64,000 bases of DNA from an uncultured Nitrososphaerales archaeon (GCA_963713605.1 CAVQMO010000001.1:544001-608000); one strand, 5' to 3'; positions 22,716 to 34,468 are shown, counted from the stretch's first letter. A program made the numbers and translations. Notes: a model not told the origin generated them from the letters alone.

Positions 22716-22907
22716 ATCTTATCATTGACAATTTTAATTCAAAATATTATCGGTTAGGTTATAGTAGAACTTGCTGACCGCTGTTCTTGTCAACGGAAGA
22801 TAAGGTTTTAACTAATAAATGAATGAGAGACTCTGTTACTTCGTAACTAGGAGCAGGAATTCAGTAAACGAAAAAAGTATACGTTATCCCTAGGATGTTA
22901 TTTTGTC

Positions 22908-23261
22908 CTACGGACACTGGTTTTCAGTACCTCCACCTTGTTCACATAACCCTCTGAGTACGTCTGCATTTTCACTAGGATGGGCTCTATCGCCATCATC
23001 ATCATCAAGATCGCCTTCTGCCACGTCTGGTTCCGTGAGGTCTAAGTTACCTACTCCGATACGTGGAGTATTATCTGTGTCAGGGTTATCGTCTGGGTCT
23101 GATGAATGTTTTCCCATTTTTCCAGACTGCCCAAGATCGGATGCAAGATCTCCCCATTCATTCTTCCCAGCGGATACGTCAGTAACGCTTACTGTTGCTG
23201 CCATTATCATTACAGCAGTAATCACTCCTGTAATTAATCCCGCGTACATGGTCTTTTTCAT
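22908..23261 (-). CDS. Small secreted acidic protein
   Basis: Signal peptide, Asp-rich body, C-terminal Cys pair. Confidence 0.65.
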   Translation of the reverse strand: MKKTMYAGLITGVITAVMIMAATVSVTDVSAGKNEWGDLASDLGQSGKMGKHSSDPDDNPDTDNTPRIGVGNLDLTEPDVAEGDLDDDDGDRAHPSENADVLRGLCEQGGGTENQCP

Positions 23262-23273
23262 AGAAGTATCTTA

Positions 23274-23325
23274 TTATAGTGAATATATATAAAGTTATCT
23301 TATAGTGAATATATATACAGTTATG
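23274..23325. repeat. 26-bp tandem duplication over the promoter of 22908-23261
   Basis: ttatagtgaatatatata(a/c)agttat(c/g) x2. Confidence 0.85.
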
Positions 23326-23685
23326 TTATAGCAGATAATTCCATACTCAGAAAAATAAGGCTGTTCGACTGAGGAAGTGTCGACTTGTCTCCACTATCTC
23401 GCCGTTTATCCTTAACTTGACGAATAGACCTAGGTTATTCTCGTCAATATCCTTGATCTCAAAAAAACCCTGATGGGATATTTTGGACCTATCCATTCGG
23501 AACATGCTACTTATTCATACCTCCGAACTCTAGCATTATGTTAAGGATTTTCTTGCTGTCTAGCACGAATGTGAATTGTTCGTCACTCACTCCCCCCTTG
23601 AACTAGGTTTGTTTTTTGATCGTCGCCCACACGACCGCTTAAAAACAATACGGACTTGAAAAATGACGCTATTGGTTTCTTAGAC

Positions 23686-23772
23686 CTTGCTTTAGTTTCC
23701 ATCTTTACACTTACTTTACCTGGCTTCTCTTGACAACTTAAATAGTTTCTCTAGTAAACATTTATTATGACT
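23686..23772 (+). promoter_or_regulatory. ars promoter/leader region, duplicated at 25771-25856
   Basis: Shared ttgctttagtttc..tacacttactttacc..gacaacttaaatagtttc..gtaaacat..atgact; includes TATA-like cttaaata. Confidence 0.7.
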
Positions 23773-24588
23773 GACACGTTAAAAATAAAGGAAAAGGTAA
23801 AGCAAAGATACGCAAAGGTCGCGCTGACTGGCGACTCGTGTTGTGGTCCTTCGACTAATCTTCAAAGTGGAGGAGCATGTTGCTCCGGAAATAGTAATGG
23901 GAGTCTCCACGCTTCACAATCGGCCGCACAGATATCCGAACTGGTAGGGTATGACCCAAAAGAACTTAAGTCAATACCAGAAGCGTCTATTCTCGGAGCA
24001 GGTTGCGGAACGCCAACAAAGTTTGCCTTTATCAAGGAAGGTGATACCGTCGTTGATTTGGGTTCGGGTGCAGGTATTGATGTATTTCTAGCCGCTAACA
24101 TAGTCAAAGGCTCAGGAAGTGTGATAGGCATAGACATGACTGATGAAATGCTAGAAAAAGCAAGAAAGAACACTGCAGGTAATGGTTACACGAATGTTAA
24201 ATTCAGAAAAGGAGATATCGAAGACAGCATTCCTATTGATAGTAACAGTGTAGATGTGGTAATAAGTAATTGTGTGATCAACCTCACAACAGATAAAGTA
24301 AAAACATTTAGAGAAATACATAGAATTCTCAAGCCTAACGGGATTGGAAGGATGGTTATCTCAGACCTTGTCACGGATAAGCAGATAGCCGAAGACATTT
24401 CATCGGTTGATGCAGATAAGTGGTGCAGTTGCATTGACGGTGCGTTGACTAAGGAAAATTACATTGCTAGCATCAAAAAAGGTGGATTTGAGAAGGTGGA
24501 GGTGTTAGATGAAAAAATCTATACTGAGGGAGACGAGGTTGATAATCGAAGGATTAGCAGTCTAGTTATCAAAGCAGTAAAACATTGA
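23767..24588 (+). CDS. arsM: Arsenite S-adenosylmethionine methyltransferase
   Basis: SCC, LGAGCGTP, VVDLGSGAGID, GIDMTDEML, VISNCVINL, WCSCIDGAL. Confidence 0.92.
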   Translation: MTDTLKIKEKVKQRYAKVALTGDSCCGPSTNLQSGGACCSGNSNGSLHASQSAAQISELVGYDPKELKSIPEASILGAGCGTPTKFAFIKEGDTVVDLGSGAGIDVFLAANIVKGSGSVIGIDMTDEMLEKARKNTAGNGYTNVKFRKGDIEDSIPIDSNSVDVVISNCVINLTTDKVKTFREIHRILKPNGIGRMVISDLVTDKQIAEDISSVDADKWCSCIDGALTKENYIASIKKGGFEKVEVLDEKIYTEGDEVDNRRISSLVIKAVKH

Positions 24589-24613
24589 GAGAAGCCAAGA
24601 ACCGTGATTACGA

Positions 24614-25071
24614 ATGAAATTTTCGTTCAGTACTAAACCAGGAATAAAAAAAAGAAGACGATACTCTTTGTCTGCGTGCAGAATGCAGGGAGGAGTCAAA
24701 TGGCGGAGGGATTTTTTAGAAAATATGCTCCAGAAGGCTTTGAGCCAATGAGTGCGGGAACAAAGCCGATCTCCCAGATTAACCCGCTTGCAATACAAGT
24801 AATGAATGAGATTGGAATAGACTTATCCAAACAAAAGCCTAAAGACCTTTCCGAAGACATGATGAGAAATTCAGACAAGATCATCAATACGGGTTGCATG
24901 GACAAGAACTTCTGTCCGACGTTGTTTATTCCTAATGTAATTGACTGGGGGATTGAAGATCCTAAAGACAAACCAATAGAAAAAGTCAGAGAGATCAGAG
25001 ATGAGATAGAAAGGAGAATCAAGGAACTTGCAACAGACATTTCTGTCGCTGAAGAAGAAAACAATAGATAA
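24614..25071 (+). CDS. arsC: Arsenate reductase (LMW-PTPase family); frameshift in the A8 run at 24646-24653
   Basis: ILFVCVQNAGRSQMAE P-loop, GC..CP, DWGIEDP; ATG at 24614 is one base out of frame. Confidence 0.88.
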
Positions 25072-25738
25072 ACTTACATCAAATCAAAAAAAGTTCGTTG
25101 CAGAAGTAGTAGGTACATTCATTGTAGTCGTCTTGGCCACGGGCGCAGTAGTAATTGATGCTAAGTTCCATGGAATATTTGGCATCCCATTTATCGCATT
25201 CCTTCCATTCATAGGAGTGGCGGCAGGAGTGTATTTATTCAGTAAAACATCTATGGCGCACTTTAACCCGGCTGTGACGCTAGGGTTTCTGATTACCAAA
25301 CATATTACAAGGCTACAACTATTATACTATTTTACCGCCGAAATCTTGGGTGCGTTACTAGGAAGTCTTTTTGTAATGTATATAATTGGAAGAGAAGCCA
25401 ATTTGGGCGCAAACTCACCCAATTATGCATATCCATTGTCTATGATATTTGGGATTGAATTATTGGCTTCTGCATTACTCATGGCTGTAATAATAACAGT
25501 GGTTTATACGAATGGTTTGAGGGGATATGGGGGACTTGTCATAGGTGGAATAGTCGGACTTGACATATTTTTTCTCGCTTTTATATCTGGAGCATCAATG
25601 AATCCTGCACGTTCGCTTGCTCCTGCATTAACTTCTGGGGTTCTGGATAATTTATGGTTGTACTGGAGTGCCACATTTATTGGAACTTCAATTGTTGCAT
25701 TGCTTGTTAGAAAAAAGTTTGCAGACAAGTTTCGATGA
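25028..25738 (+). CDS. MIP/aquaporin family channel (probable arsenite efflux)
   Basis: Two NPA motifs (HFNPAVT, SMNPARS); in ars cluster. Confidence 0.92.
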   Translation: MQQTFLSLKKKTIDKLTSNQKKFVAEVVGTFIVVVLATGAVVIDAKFHGIFGIPFIAFLPFIGVAAGVYLFSKTSMAHFNPAVTLGFLITKHITRLQLLYYFTAEILGALLGSLFVMYIIGREANLGANSPNYAYPLSMIFGIELLASALLMAVIITVVYTNGLRGYGGLVIGGIVGLDIFFLAFISGASMNPARSLAPALTSGVLDNLWLYWSATFIGTSIVALLVRKKFADKFR

Positions 25739-26317
25739 CGCTAGGCTCTTGTGTTCTTATAATTTGGGTTTTGCTTTAGTTTCTATTTTTACACTTACTT
25801 TACCCCGGTTCTCTGACAACTTAAATAGTTTCCTCGGTAAACATATGGTGATGACTAATTTGTAAAAAGCAAAACAAAAGAAAAAGACAGGTCGGATAGA
25901 CGACCCATGTTGTGACGACTTCTGTCGGTACCGATTACTGACGAATTCCAGATTTATTGAATTCTTTTCTTATTTTAACTGGCCAATTCTAATACACATA
26001 TTGCTGCATGGTTACCGAAAGTGCATGGTTCAGTATATCATATGTAAGAACAGAATGGAATGGCGGGGAATTAGGATGAATAGTAGCATTGCATTAGAGT
26101 AACTAGATATCTGTAAAAAGAAGTCCATTTGGATCCGTCAGTACACAGACATTTGCTATTGGTCAATAGTTTTAAGTCGTGTGAGCCCCCAATCGAACAG
26201 AATGCTTCTGTATCGAGAAAATCGTTCAGATTTTCGGCATGTGTCATCTATTTTCAGTGAATGGGTAATGATAAATTATGATCCGCCTGCTTTATATAAA
26301 TCCAAGTTTCTTGGATC

Positions 26318-26947
26318 CTACTTTTTCTTTAATCTGATAGAAATTGTTGTTTCATCATATTCCGTTCTAAAGTCTACAGAATCCTGGAGGTTTTCAAGAA
26401 ACTGAGTAAACATTCTGTTCCAAAAGTAGGAGCAATTTACTCCCAAGTTGTGTCTAATTATCACCCAGAAGTTATCTGGCGTCTTATTGTAATTAGTACG
26501 ATTAGAACTACTACTAGAATTAACGATTGAACTTAGCTCTTCCATTTCATCATAGTCAGCATCTCTTGTCAACTTACTAGTTGTAATAACCCTTGCATCT
26601 GTGCCCATCAGGTATTTAGCTATTTTGGAGATAAGGTCCAATGAAGTTTGTAAATTTAATTCTCCCCATAAAAGCCGGGTAACATGGTCTAGTTCTATTC
26701 CCCAATTATCCACTAGATCGTTTAAACTATCCTTGCTAGCATATGAGAATAATGAATACAGAGCCTTTTTCGGTATAGAAACTTTTTCGCTAGATGCTAA
26801 TGGTATAAAAAACTCTGTTTGGGAGTTGATAATAGAGCTAATGTATGCACTAACGCTCAATCCTCTGGCCTTTGCAAAATTGTCGACTATCCTAAAATCA
26901 TTCTCGTTAACCCTTAAGGTTATAACTCTATCTTTTTTCTTAGGCAA
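26318..26947 (-). CDS. Putative regulator with N-terminal ribbon-helix-helix
   Basis: VITLRVNENDFRIVDNFAKARGLSVSAYISSII. Confidence 0.65.
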   Translation of the reverse strand: MPKKKDRVITLRVNENDFRIVDNFAKARGLSVSAYISSIINSQTEFFIPLASSEKVSIPKKALYSLFSYASKDSLNDLVDNWGIELDHVTRLLWGELNLQTSLDLISKIAKYLMGTDARVITTSKLTRDADYDEMEELSSIVNSSSSSNRTNYNKTPDNFWVIIRHNLGVNCSYFWNRMFTQFLENLQDSVDFRTEYDETTISIRLKKK

Positions 26948-27049
26948 GAGCAGCGGTCACAACAAATGTATTCATTGTATTCATTTTTAAGTTTTAGTTT
27001 CATTCTATCTTATAAATATGAACACGTAAAGAGTATCAATAACAAAAAA

Positions 27050-27577
27050 TTGAAAACAGAAAATGTATCTATAGAAGATGTATACGAAGCGTTATCTGAC
27101 AACAAGGCCCTAGTTTTATTTAATACTATAGCCCTTGCAGATGATGATGATGATGTCAATAGAGCGCCACTTCAAATTCGAAAGTTGGGACTCACAACAA
27201 GACAATACTACTCTAGAATAACAAGGCTAACAGAAACTGGTCTGATAAGAAGACAAAATGGCCGATATTCTCTAACTCTATTGGGTAAGATGATATACGA
27301 TATTCATATCACGACATCCAAAGTACTTAGTTACCACTGGAAGCTCAAGGCAATAGAATCTATCCAGATGTCAAATCCTGTAGGCATACCAGAGGAAGAA
27401 TTCTCTAAATTAGTTGATGCACTGATGGATGATTTTAAAATAAAGAATATGGTTGCAAAAGCAATTTACCCCCAATTGACAAACAGTGAAAAGTATCCAA
27501 GACAACAACAAGAAGAAGAACCGCAATCAATCAAAGTACAATCAAGCACAATGCGGCACCTCCACGGGGAGGTCTAA
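27050..27577 (+). CDS. Winged-helix DNA-binding protein (thaumarchaeal type); start approximate
   Basis: EALSDNKALVLF..LGLTTRQYYSRITRL..GLIRRQNGRYSLTLLG. Confidence 0.7.
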   Translation: MKTENVSIEDVYEALSDNKALVLFNTIALADDDDDVNRAPLQIRKLGLTTRQYYSRITRLTETGLIRRQNGRYSLTLLGKMIYDIHITTSKVLSYHWKLKAIESIQMSNPVGIPEEEFSKLVDALMDDFKIKNMVAKAIYPQLTNSEKYPRQQQEEEPQSIKVQSSTMRHLHGEV

Positions 27578-27738
27578 TTTACAGAATCTGGCAACATATT
27601 AACGACACCATCATGGTGGCTTGCGAATATAAACTCCCTCGAACTTATGCCTAAGTTGTTTTGCTTACTTGAAAGAAGCAAAATTATAATGTCTTATTAT
27701 GAAGACTTCGATAATGATAAAAAAATCATTCCTAATTT

Positions 27739-28105
27739 ATGTGGTTGAGGCTAATAGGAGTAATAGTGATGTTCTCAGGAATCGGTATCGCAGTAACATT
27801 AGTAACCATAATCTCGCAGAATCGAGTTCAGCATATGCAGCAAAGATTAAAGTCAAAGACCGAAGGTAAGGGTAGAGTATTAACAGATGAGACGAAGACA
27901 ACCATAAAAGACAAAATCGAGGGAATCGAGAAACTTTCTGAATAAGATTTTAACGTACTTGTTATCATGATGAAGAGTTTACGCCATACTCTACTTGAAG
28001 AATCTAAGAATGTATACAAATGCTTCAGATGCGGTAAAGATTACTATAGTAGGCCCAAATATTGCAGCAACTGTGGTCTTGCTTTGCTTAGCCCATCTGG
28101 ATGAC
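27739..28105 (+). pseudogene. C-terminal fragment of an ion-channel-like membrane protein with Zn ribbon (internal stop at 27943-27945)
   Basis: RLIGVIVMFSGIG TM helix; in-frame continuation after the stop ends CFRC..YCSNCG. Confidence 0.5.
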
Positions 28106-28164
28106 ACTTAGTAGGTTCGAGTAACTACTATTACTACTAACGCTAACTAAACTCTGCTAGTAAC

Positions 28165-29448
28165 CTAGGGTGTTTGTGAAGATAAGATGGTTAACGTCTT
28201 AAAGTCTCTGACTGGATCTGAAAGCCAGCCAAAAAGATCTTCCAGAACCTTTTGATCTATTGGACCTCCAAGAGCAGTCTTCCATTGAGATGAAGGGTAG
28301 AACAAATGGCCGAGGTCCGGATATGTTATCAACGTATGATCAGGATGCCTTACTTCTGTCAGTTCCTGCTCTAAAAGAAATGCTTGCTGTATGGGGGTGT
28401 CTGAATCATTCTTTCCTTGTTGTATTAAAATAGATGTATCGGAAGGAACTTTACTTATGATATCCAAAGTAGGTGTCAGAGCGAATTGTGATGTAAGCCA
28501 AATAGGACACGGACCTTCTAGACCATTACACTTCTCACCCGGTGTCACAACTGATACTGATTTTAGATTGTCTATTAACCTGGGTTTGAGTTCGTCATTA
28601 ATACTTATGAATGTGTCATTATTTGTGTTATATTGGGGATTCAGTTGGTCTGCTGTTGTTCCATTGACCGTAGTAATGTTTTGAGCAAGGATTAGAGTGA
28701 TATTTCCGACCAAAGTACTAAAAACAGGATTCTCAGACGCTTCTTGTACTGATATCAATCCATTGTGATTATGGTCCAGAACCTGTTGAGCGTAGTGTAT
28801 TGGGTTCGTAACACCTTGGAAGTATCCTATTTCACGCAAGTTTTGGGCCACGGCCCCCATCAGTACAATATTATCTACTTTATCTGGATTGTCGATTGCA
28901 ACTCTTGGGACAATCGTTGTACCCTCGCTATGTCCAACTAGAGTTACATGGTTAGCATCAACTTCTGGTTGCTGTATAAGAACATTTAGGGCCTTCTCTG
29001 CATCTTGCCTTAGTTCATCAACAGTTACATTCCCCCATACATTGCTATCCAGAACTGTCAGATTCGCGCCAAAACCTCTCTTGTCATACTGCAATACTGC
29101 AATACCTCTTTCTGAAAGATATTCGGCTATATCAAAGAACGGTCTACCAGGCGGATAAATAATTGAGCCTGTTTCGTTATCTATGTGAACGTAGCCTGCA
29201 GTTTCATTCATATCCGTGGTTCCAGAGCCAGGTACAAGGAGAACACCTGGGAAGGGACCGTCCCCATTGGATGGAAGATTTAGCCTAGCGTTAGTCTTTA
29301 AACCATTACCCAAATCTATAACCATATTTCTATATTTTGTTGTCTGCAAGTCCGATTGAGCATGAACTGTGAGGGCTACACCACAAAATAAGAATGATAT
29401 TGAATAAACTGAAAGAACTACTGCTATTATCTTTAATGACAAATGCAT
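28165..29448 (-). CDS. Secreted alpha/beta hydrolase (serine aminopeptidase-like), paralogue 1
   Basis: Minus strand (revcomp ATG CAT TTG); GPFPGVLLVPGSG, YDKRG, GHSEG nucleophile, GKNDS, YPDLGH. Confidence 0.9.
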   Translation of the reverse strand: MHLSLKIIAVVLSVYSISFLFCGVALTVHAQSDLQTTKYRNMVIDLGNGLKTNARLNLPSNGDGPFPGVLLVPGSGTTDMNETAGYVHIDNETGSIIYPPGRPFFDIAEYLSERGIAVLQYDKRGFGANLTVLDSNVWGNVTVDELRQDAEKALNVLIQQPEVDANHVTLVGHSEGTTIVPRVAIDNPDKVDNIVLMGAVAQNLREIGYFQGVTNPIHYAQQVLDHNHNGLISVQEASENPVFSTLVGNITLILAQNITTVNGTTADQLNPQYNTNNDTFISINDELKPRLIDNLKSVSVVTPGEKCNGLEGPCPIWLTSQFALTPTLDIISKVPSDTSILIQQGKNDSDTPIQQAFLLEQELTEVRHPDHTLITYPDLGHLFYPSSQWKTALGGPIDQKVLEDLFGWLSDPVRDFKTLTILSSQTP

Positions 29449-29579
29449 ATGATAATGGGCCTTTTTACTTAAGGATTACTTGCGGGAGGGAGCGATTCTT
29501 CGGTAGTCTTTTACGTATTTATGTTCTATCTACGGGGATACCCCGTGAAATGAATAAATCTAAATATTTTTAATGAATA

Positions 29580-29894
29580 ATGACTAGTATGTCCAACCAA
29601 CCGGAAGATAAGAGAGAAAAGAGACTTGGAAATTTATCCAACCTCCTGAGAGGCATCGACCGTTCGGATATGGAGTTGACGATGGGCCACTTATCACTTG
29701 AGTTCTATAGACAAGCAACATTGGCTGAGGGCTATGTCCATAACGGAGAAATAGGCGAAGCGGAAAGTCACAGGCTTATCGCAGAGGCAATACACGATAT
29801 CTTAAGAACGCTAGAGGTAAAAAGACGTGAGGCGGTAGAGGCAGAGATAGCACCCAGTGTTACTGATATTCAACGAATAAAGGAGGAGGAGTAG
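29580..29894 (+). CDS. Hypothetical helical protein
   Basis: 104-aa ORF with upstream TATA-like taaata; a terminase-tail repeat follows at 29918-29943. Confidence 0.55.
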   Translation: MTSMSNQPEDKREKRLGNLSNLLRGIDRSDMELTMGHLSLEFYRQATLAEGYVHNGEIGEAESHRLIAEAIHDILRTLEVKRREAVEAEIAPSVTDIQRIKEEE

Positions 29895-31618
29895 GTGACT
29901 TACGAGGAATCATAAATCGGCTTTCTGGCAGTTCTGGCACTAATAAAGTCAGTTAGTCTGGCAACAGACGCCAAGCGTGATAAATTATCTTTGCCTCCTG
30001 ATTACTGTTTTTGTCATTGTCGCTTTGCTTTAACCCTGGACCCGAAGGTCGAGGAAGGAAGGGAGGTATATGCAGTATAGTCAGTTGCTTTAACAAACCT
30101 ATTACTCAATGCCCAAAGTGCACAAACTATTATTGCAGAGACGAGCATTACAAAACACATTTTCATTTATTAAAGATAGGACCCAGAATATTACAGCCCG
30201 ACAGACGAGTGTTTAATTTAGTGTTACTAATAAGAGAGTAACTAAGTAATGAATTTAGGCCGTAAACTATGTATCAAAATTTAGATTGTCTGCTAAAAAA
30301 GTAGGAAAGCATGGTAAGATTTGCAATAGGTCATTTATTTCGACCAGCAAGAGTTCATTCTTTTTCCTTTCCTTTTCTTTCGATATTATTTGCAACTCTG
30401 GCATTGCCTAAACTATTTTTTAGGATCTCAGATCTAGGGTAAGGTAATGATGAGGATGAAGTTGTTGTCGCTTGGTTGGCTATCAGATAGACATGAGTAT
30501 TGCTGTCATAGGTTTGCTGGCGCTACTGGTTGCCAAGTCGCTCACGTGCCTAATGAATGTCTTTCTGAATTAGTAGCGAAGCAATCCTTGAAATTTGAAG
30601 ACGAATTTACAGGCCGATATAGATATCGAATAACTCAGAGGGGAAGCCGGTATTTAGCCCTATTTCAAGATTAATCCGTAACAGTCGTAATGCACTAGTT
30701 TTTAGGATCTTCTACGTCAAAGCACCGAGATTATGTGTTGGTCAGACCTCCTTCGGATTGATGTTAAACATGCAATGTTCCTAAGGCTAAAGAACACGAA
30801 TCCCTATAGTAAGAAGGGTTTTACTAGCCAATACCCGACCAGCAAAGAGATAAGATACCAAGCCAATGCAATCCAAGTCAAGGCATGTCTAACTAACTAA
30901 CCTAACTTTCGATTGTTTATTCTTTATTCTTTGCTGCAGTTCTAGGGTTTTCTGTACGTTTATGCTTTGGATTTGCTAAAACCCTGTTTGTAACATTGGC
31001 GGAGTGTTTCCTAAATTCATTCATCTTTGCAGATACAAATGAATCTAGGTGCTTTTGTTTTTACTGCCAACTCATTTAGGCGTCTATGTCTGTCAGCATC
31101 TATGTCATTATTGAAGACATTCGACGGGGGAAGTTGACGCGATATCTTGTATCCTTGAGTTGTCCATTTGCTTTCTCAAAGGTTTGCCCAAGCAGACTTT
31201 TTTATCGACTCTCATGACGACCTATTGAAGTATTTACAATATATGGTGTCCATTTTGTCCTGGGAATAATGATCTTCACCACCACCAACAAACCTCTAAA
31301 TATTTTATTTAACACGTTAAGAGGAGTTTCCACTTGTCAAGTTCATCTGAGAGAGAAAATACACTAAGCAGTCTTGGCAGAAAACTAGGTCGCGAACTAG
31401 GCGACGATTTCAGAAATGCTGGGAACAAACTGAAGGATATTTAGATTCGTGACTTTGAGATTCAATCTAGCAGAGGTATTTGCTGACCGGAATGATCTCA
31501 TCGAAGCGGCATACCATAGGACGTTGGCCTACAACACCCAGGGATATTGAAATGATGATCGAATGAATAATGAGATGAGATGAATCCTAGTGAACTAGGC
31601 AGCAGGATGTAAGCAGTT

Positions 31619-31849
31619 CTGGCATTGAATGATTCATAAATAACTATTACGCATAAGAAACATCTTTGAAAAACGGAAGTCAGAAATGAGAAAATCGAAG
31701 CAATCTAGCATAAAACAGGACAAAAAGGGTTTACTGGGCACTGCAGAGAGTAATGCAGTTGTCAAAGAAGGCCAAAGACGACGACAGATGCAAGATGAGC
31801 AACAAAGAAAGGTTAAGGATTTTATGGATAGCATAGAATATCGAGCCAA
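31619..31849 (+). repeat. 231-bp direct repeat copy 1 (one mismatch to 36113-36343)
   Basis: Direct comparison; starts at ctggcattga and holds the 5' part of the 36180-36446 ORF. Confidence 0.95.
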
Positions 31850-31945
31850 CCCGTTCTAATTTCATTACTTCACTTCCCTTCCGAGCTTGAATTAAATTCT
31901 TAGAAAAAATTCTATATTCAGGTACTCACTGAATCGTCAAGAATA

Positions 31946-33347
31946 CTACGGACTATCAGAGAGTACTCCAGTCATATTGCTGTTGCTGCTGCCAGTTTCA
32001 TTTGCTCCAGAAGGCGTCGTAGTAGTCATATTACTGAATGCGGGAGTTAAATAGGGATATGAAAGCCCAGAATGAGGTTCGAGCCATGAATAAAGATCTG
32101 CTAAAACATACTGTGGGATGGGTCCAGATAAAGTCGACATCTGGGGCGAAGGATAGAACAAATGGCCGAGATCCGGATATGTTATCAATGTATGGTCAGG
32201 ATGATTTACGTCAGTCAGTCTTTGTTGCAAGAGAAAGGCTTGTTGAACTGGAGTCTGAGAATCATTTTCACCATTAAGCATTAGTATACCCGTAGAGTTA
32301 GAGACGTTACCAATCACACTTAGAGGTGGTATTAGATTAGCATATGATTGGAACCAGCGAGGACATTCGAGTTGATTACATTCCAAACTAGTCATATTAG
32401 AAGTGTGATTTTCGTATCTCTTCGTCAGTGCAGGCTTATATTGTTCATCAATGCTTATAGAATCATTTGTATCAAAATCCTTTGCCAAGGCACCGGATAT
32501 AGCTTCCGTTTCACTTGGCGTTGGATACTTACCGGAAGATAAGAAATTATAAATGTATGAACCAGAATTGAACTTATATAATGAATTTAATAATGTAAGA
32601 TCCTTTGCTATTTGCTGAACTGATATCAATCCAGTATGATTTTCATCTACGACTTGATGGGCGTATTCTACTGGCGCGAGTACATCTTGATAATACTCTA
32701 AATCTAGGGCATTCATTGTACTTATTCCCATAAGTTACAATATTCTTAACATTTGTCGAGTTGTCGATTGCAACTCTCGGAGCAATGATCGTACCTTCAC
32801 TATGACCGACCAGACTTATCCTTTTTGGATCAACTTCAGGTTGCTGCATGAGAACATTCAATGCTTTTTTGCTATCTTCAATTAGATCGTTGATTGTCAT
32901 ATTCCCCCAAATACTAGTGTTAATAACTGTGCCACCTTCGCCTATACCTCTCTTATCGTACCTGAGTACAGCAAATCCCCTCTCTGTAAGATACTGAGAT
33001 ATCTGCCAAAATGGTTTAGCATTCTCTGCCTGTGTTTCATTCATATCATTCGTTCCAGACCCATGAATAAGAAGAACACCAGGAAATGGTCCATTACCCA
33101 CAGCTGGAAGTGTTAATTGAGCCCTAGTCTTTACTCCATCACCTAAATCAATAACCATGTTACGATATTTTTTTGTCTCCAAATCTTGTTGAGCAAGGAT
33201 TGTGAAATTATTACCAGACATTGCGAAAGATATAGAATAAAGAGCAACGGCTGCTACAGTACCTATTAACAGCATTCCAAATATTGCTAGACATCTAAGA
33301 CTATAGTTTGACATAGAACAAAAGATATGATGAAAGTATTTAAACAT
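31946..33347 (-). CDS. Secreted alpha/beta hydrolase, paralogue 2 (frameshift ~32735)
   Basis: GPFPGVLLIHGSG, YDKRG, GHSEG, GENDS, YPDLGH. Confidence 0.85.
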
Positions 33348-33429
33348 TTATCTATACGATTCATACGTAGTCTTGGAACAGGAACCGATCTAACTCGAAA
33401 TTTTTTTCTCGAATTAAATTTCGTGAATC

Positions 33430-33937
33430 CTAATCGAATATCCTGTATTCAGTCGGCGATACCCCCCGTTTCAATTTGATATGTTGAATTCTCCCATTTT
33501 CATAAGATCTAATTACTTCGTAATTGGGATCATCCTTCGAATCATCGTCCTCTATCAAACTGTAAAAGAAAGGTTTAGCCTCTTCGTTCTGAATAGTATC
33601 TAACTGGTTTATGTGAGGAACTAGGTCTTGATTCAATGAAGTTAATGGAATATTATCTTCTAATAGATAGAATTACCCATCCATGACATAACAATTTACC
33701 ACTTGGCAACAGGGTTAATTCGGTATTGCAGTGAATGCAATATTGTGCCTCTTCCAACTTGCCTTCCTTTGTTATTCTAGGCGAAAGATTATCCCTTACG
33801 ATAACTTGGATCTTGTCTTCTTTCAATTCCTCACGGTCAATCATTCGCCTATCAGCCGGATGAAAGCCTAAGTCAACCCGTTCACTTTCAGCCTTGCGTG
33901 AAAAAGGATAGTTAGATGGTTTATTATGGATCTTCAA
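33430..33937 (-). CDS. Hypothetical protein(s), possibly one frameshifted Zn-ribbon gene
   Basis: Adjacent ORFs 33653-33937 (CIHC..C) and 33430-33636. Confidence 0.4.
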
Positions 33938-34468
33938 TTACTTTTCTGAAGGTTTTTCATTTCCGTTTCCCTTTCCCTTTCCCTCTCCCTTGCCCTCTCT
34001 GAATTCCTTGGGGTCAAGCAATAGACCTTTATCAAGTGCCGCTTGCTTTGCGGCGTGCCACCTTTGATAATCTGTTAATCCTGGAATCCTTGAACCATTA
34101 CCGTTGTAATTAATTCCTCTATTAATCGGATAGAATCCCGTCTTATTTGCATCAATCAAATCCTGAATGTCTCCGGCCAGAAAGTCTTCGAACTTTGTAA
34201 CTGTATACTTACGATTGTCCACAAAGAATATTTCCAAACCCGTTGTCATTGCTATGGCCACACTCCAAGGATACGCCTTACATGGTTCGCCAAATCTCTT
34301 CAAGACACCCTTAATATTTTCTGGCGTATCAGCAATGTAATAACGATTCATCTGACCTACAATATGGGAATTAATATTATCTCGAATCAAATTCTGGTTT
34401 AACCCTTGGTATAACATAGCGACCAATGTTAAACTGACATTGATGAATGAAATCGTCATAAATTCCAA
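33938..34468 (-). CDS. Hypothetical protein, probably 5'-truncated
   Basis: 176-aa ORF abutting the truncated hydrolase at ~34480. Confidence 0.5.
   Translation of the reverse strand: MEFMTISFINVSLTLVAMLYQGLNQNLIRDNINSHIVGQMNRYYIADTPENIKGVLKRFGEPCKAYPWSVAIAMTTGLEIFFVDNRKYTVTKFEDFLAGDIQDLIDANKTGFYPINRGINYNGNGSRIPGLTDYQRWHAAKQAALDKGLLLDPKEFREGKGEGKGKGNGNEKPSEK

Noticed and set aside
28165..29448. ORF track lists this ORF as + strand
   Set aside because: The start ATG CAT TTG TCA is on the reverse complement at 29448; minus strand.
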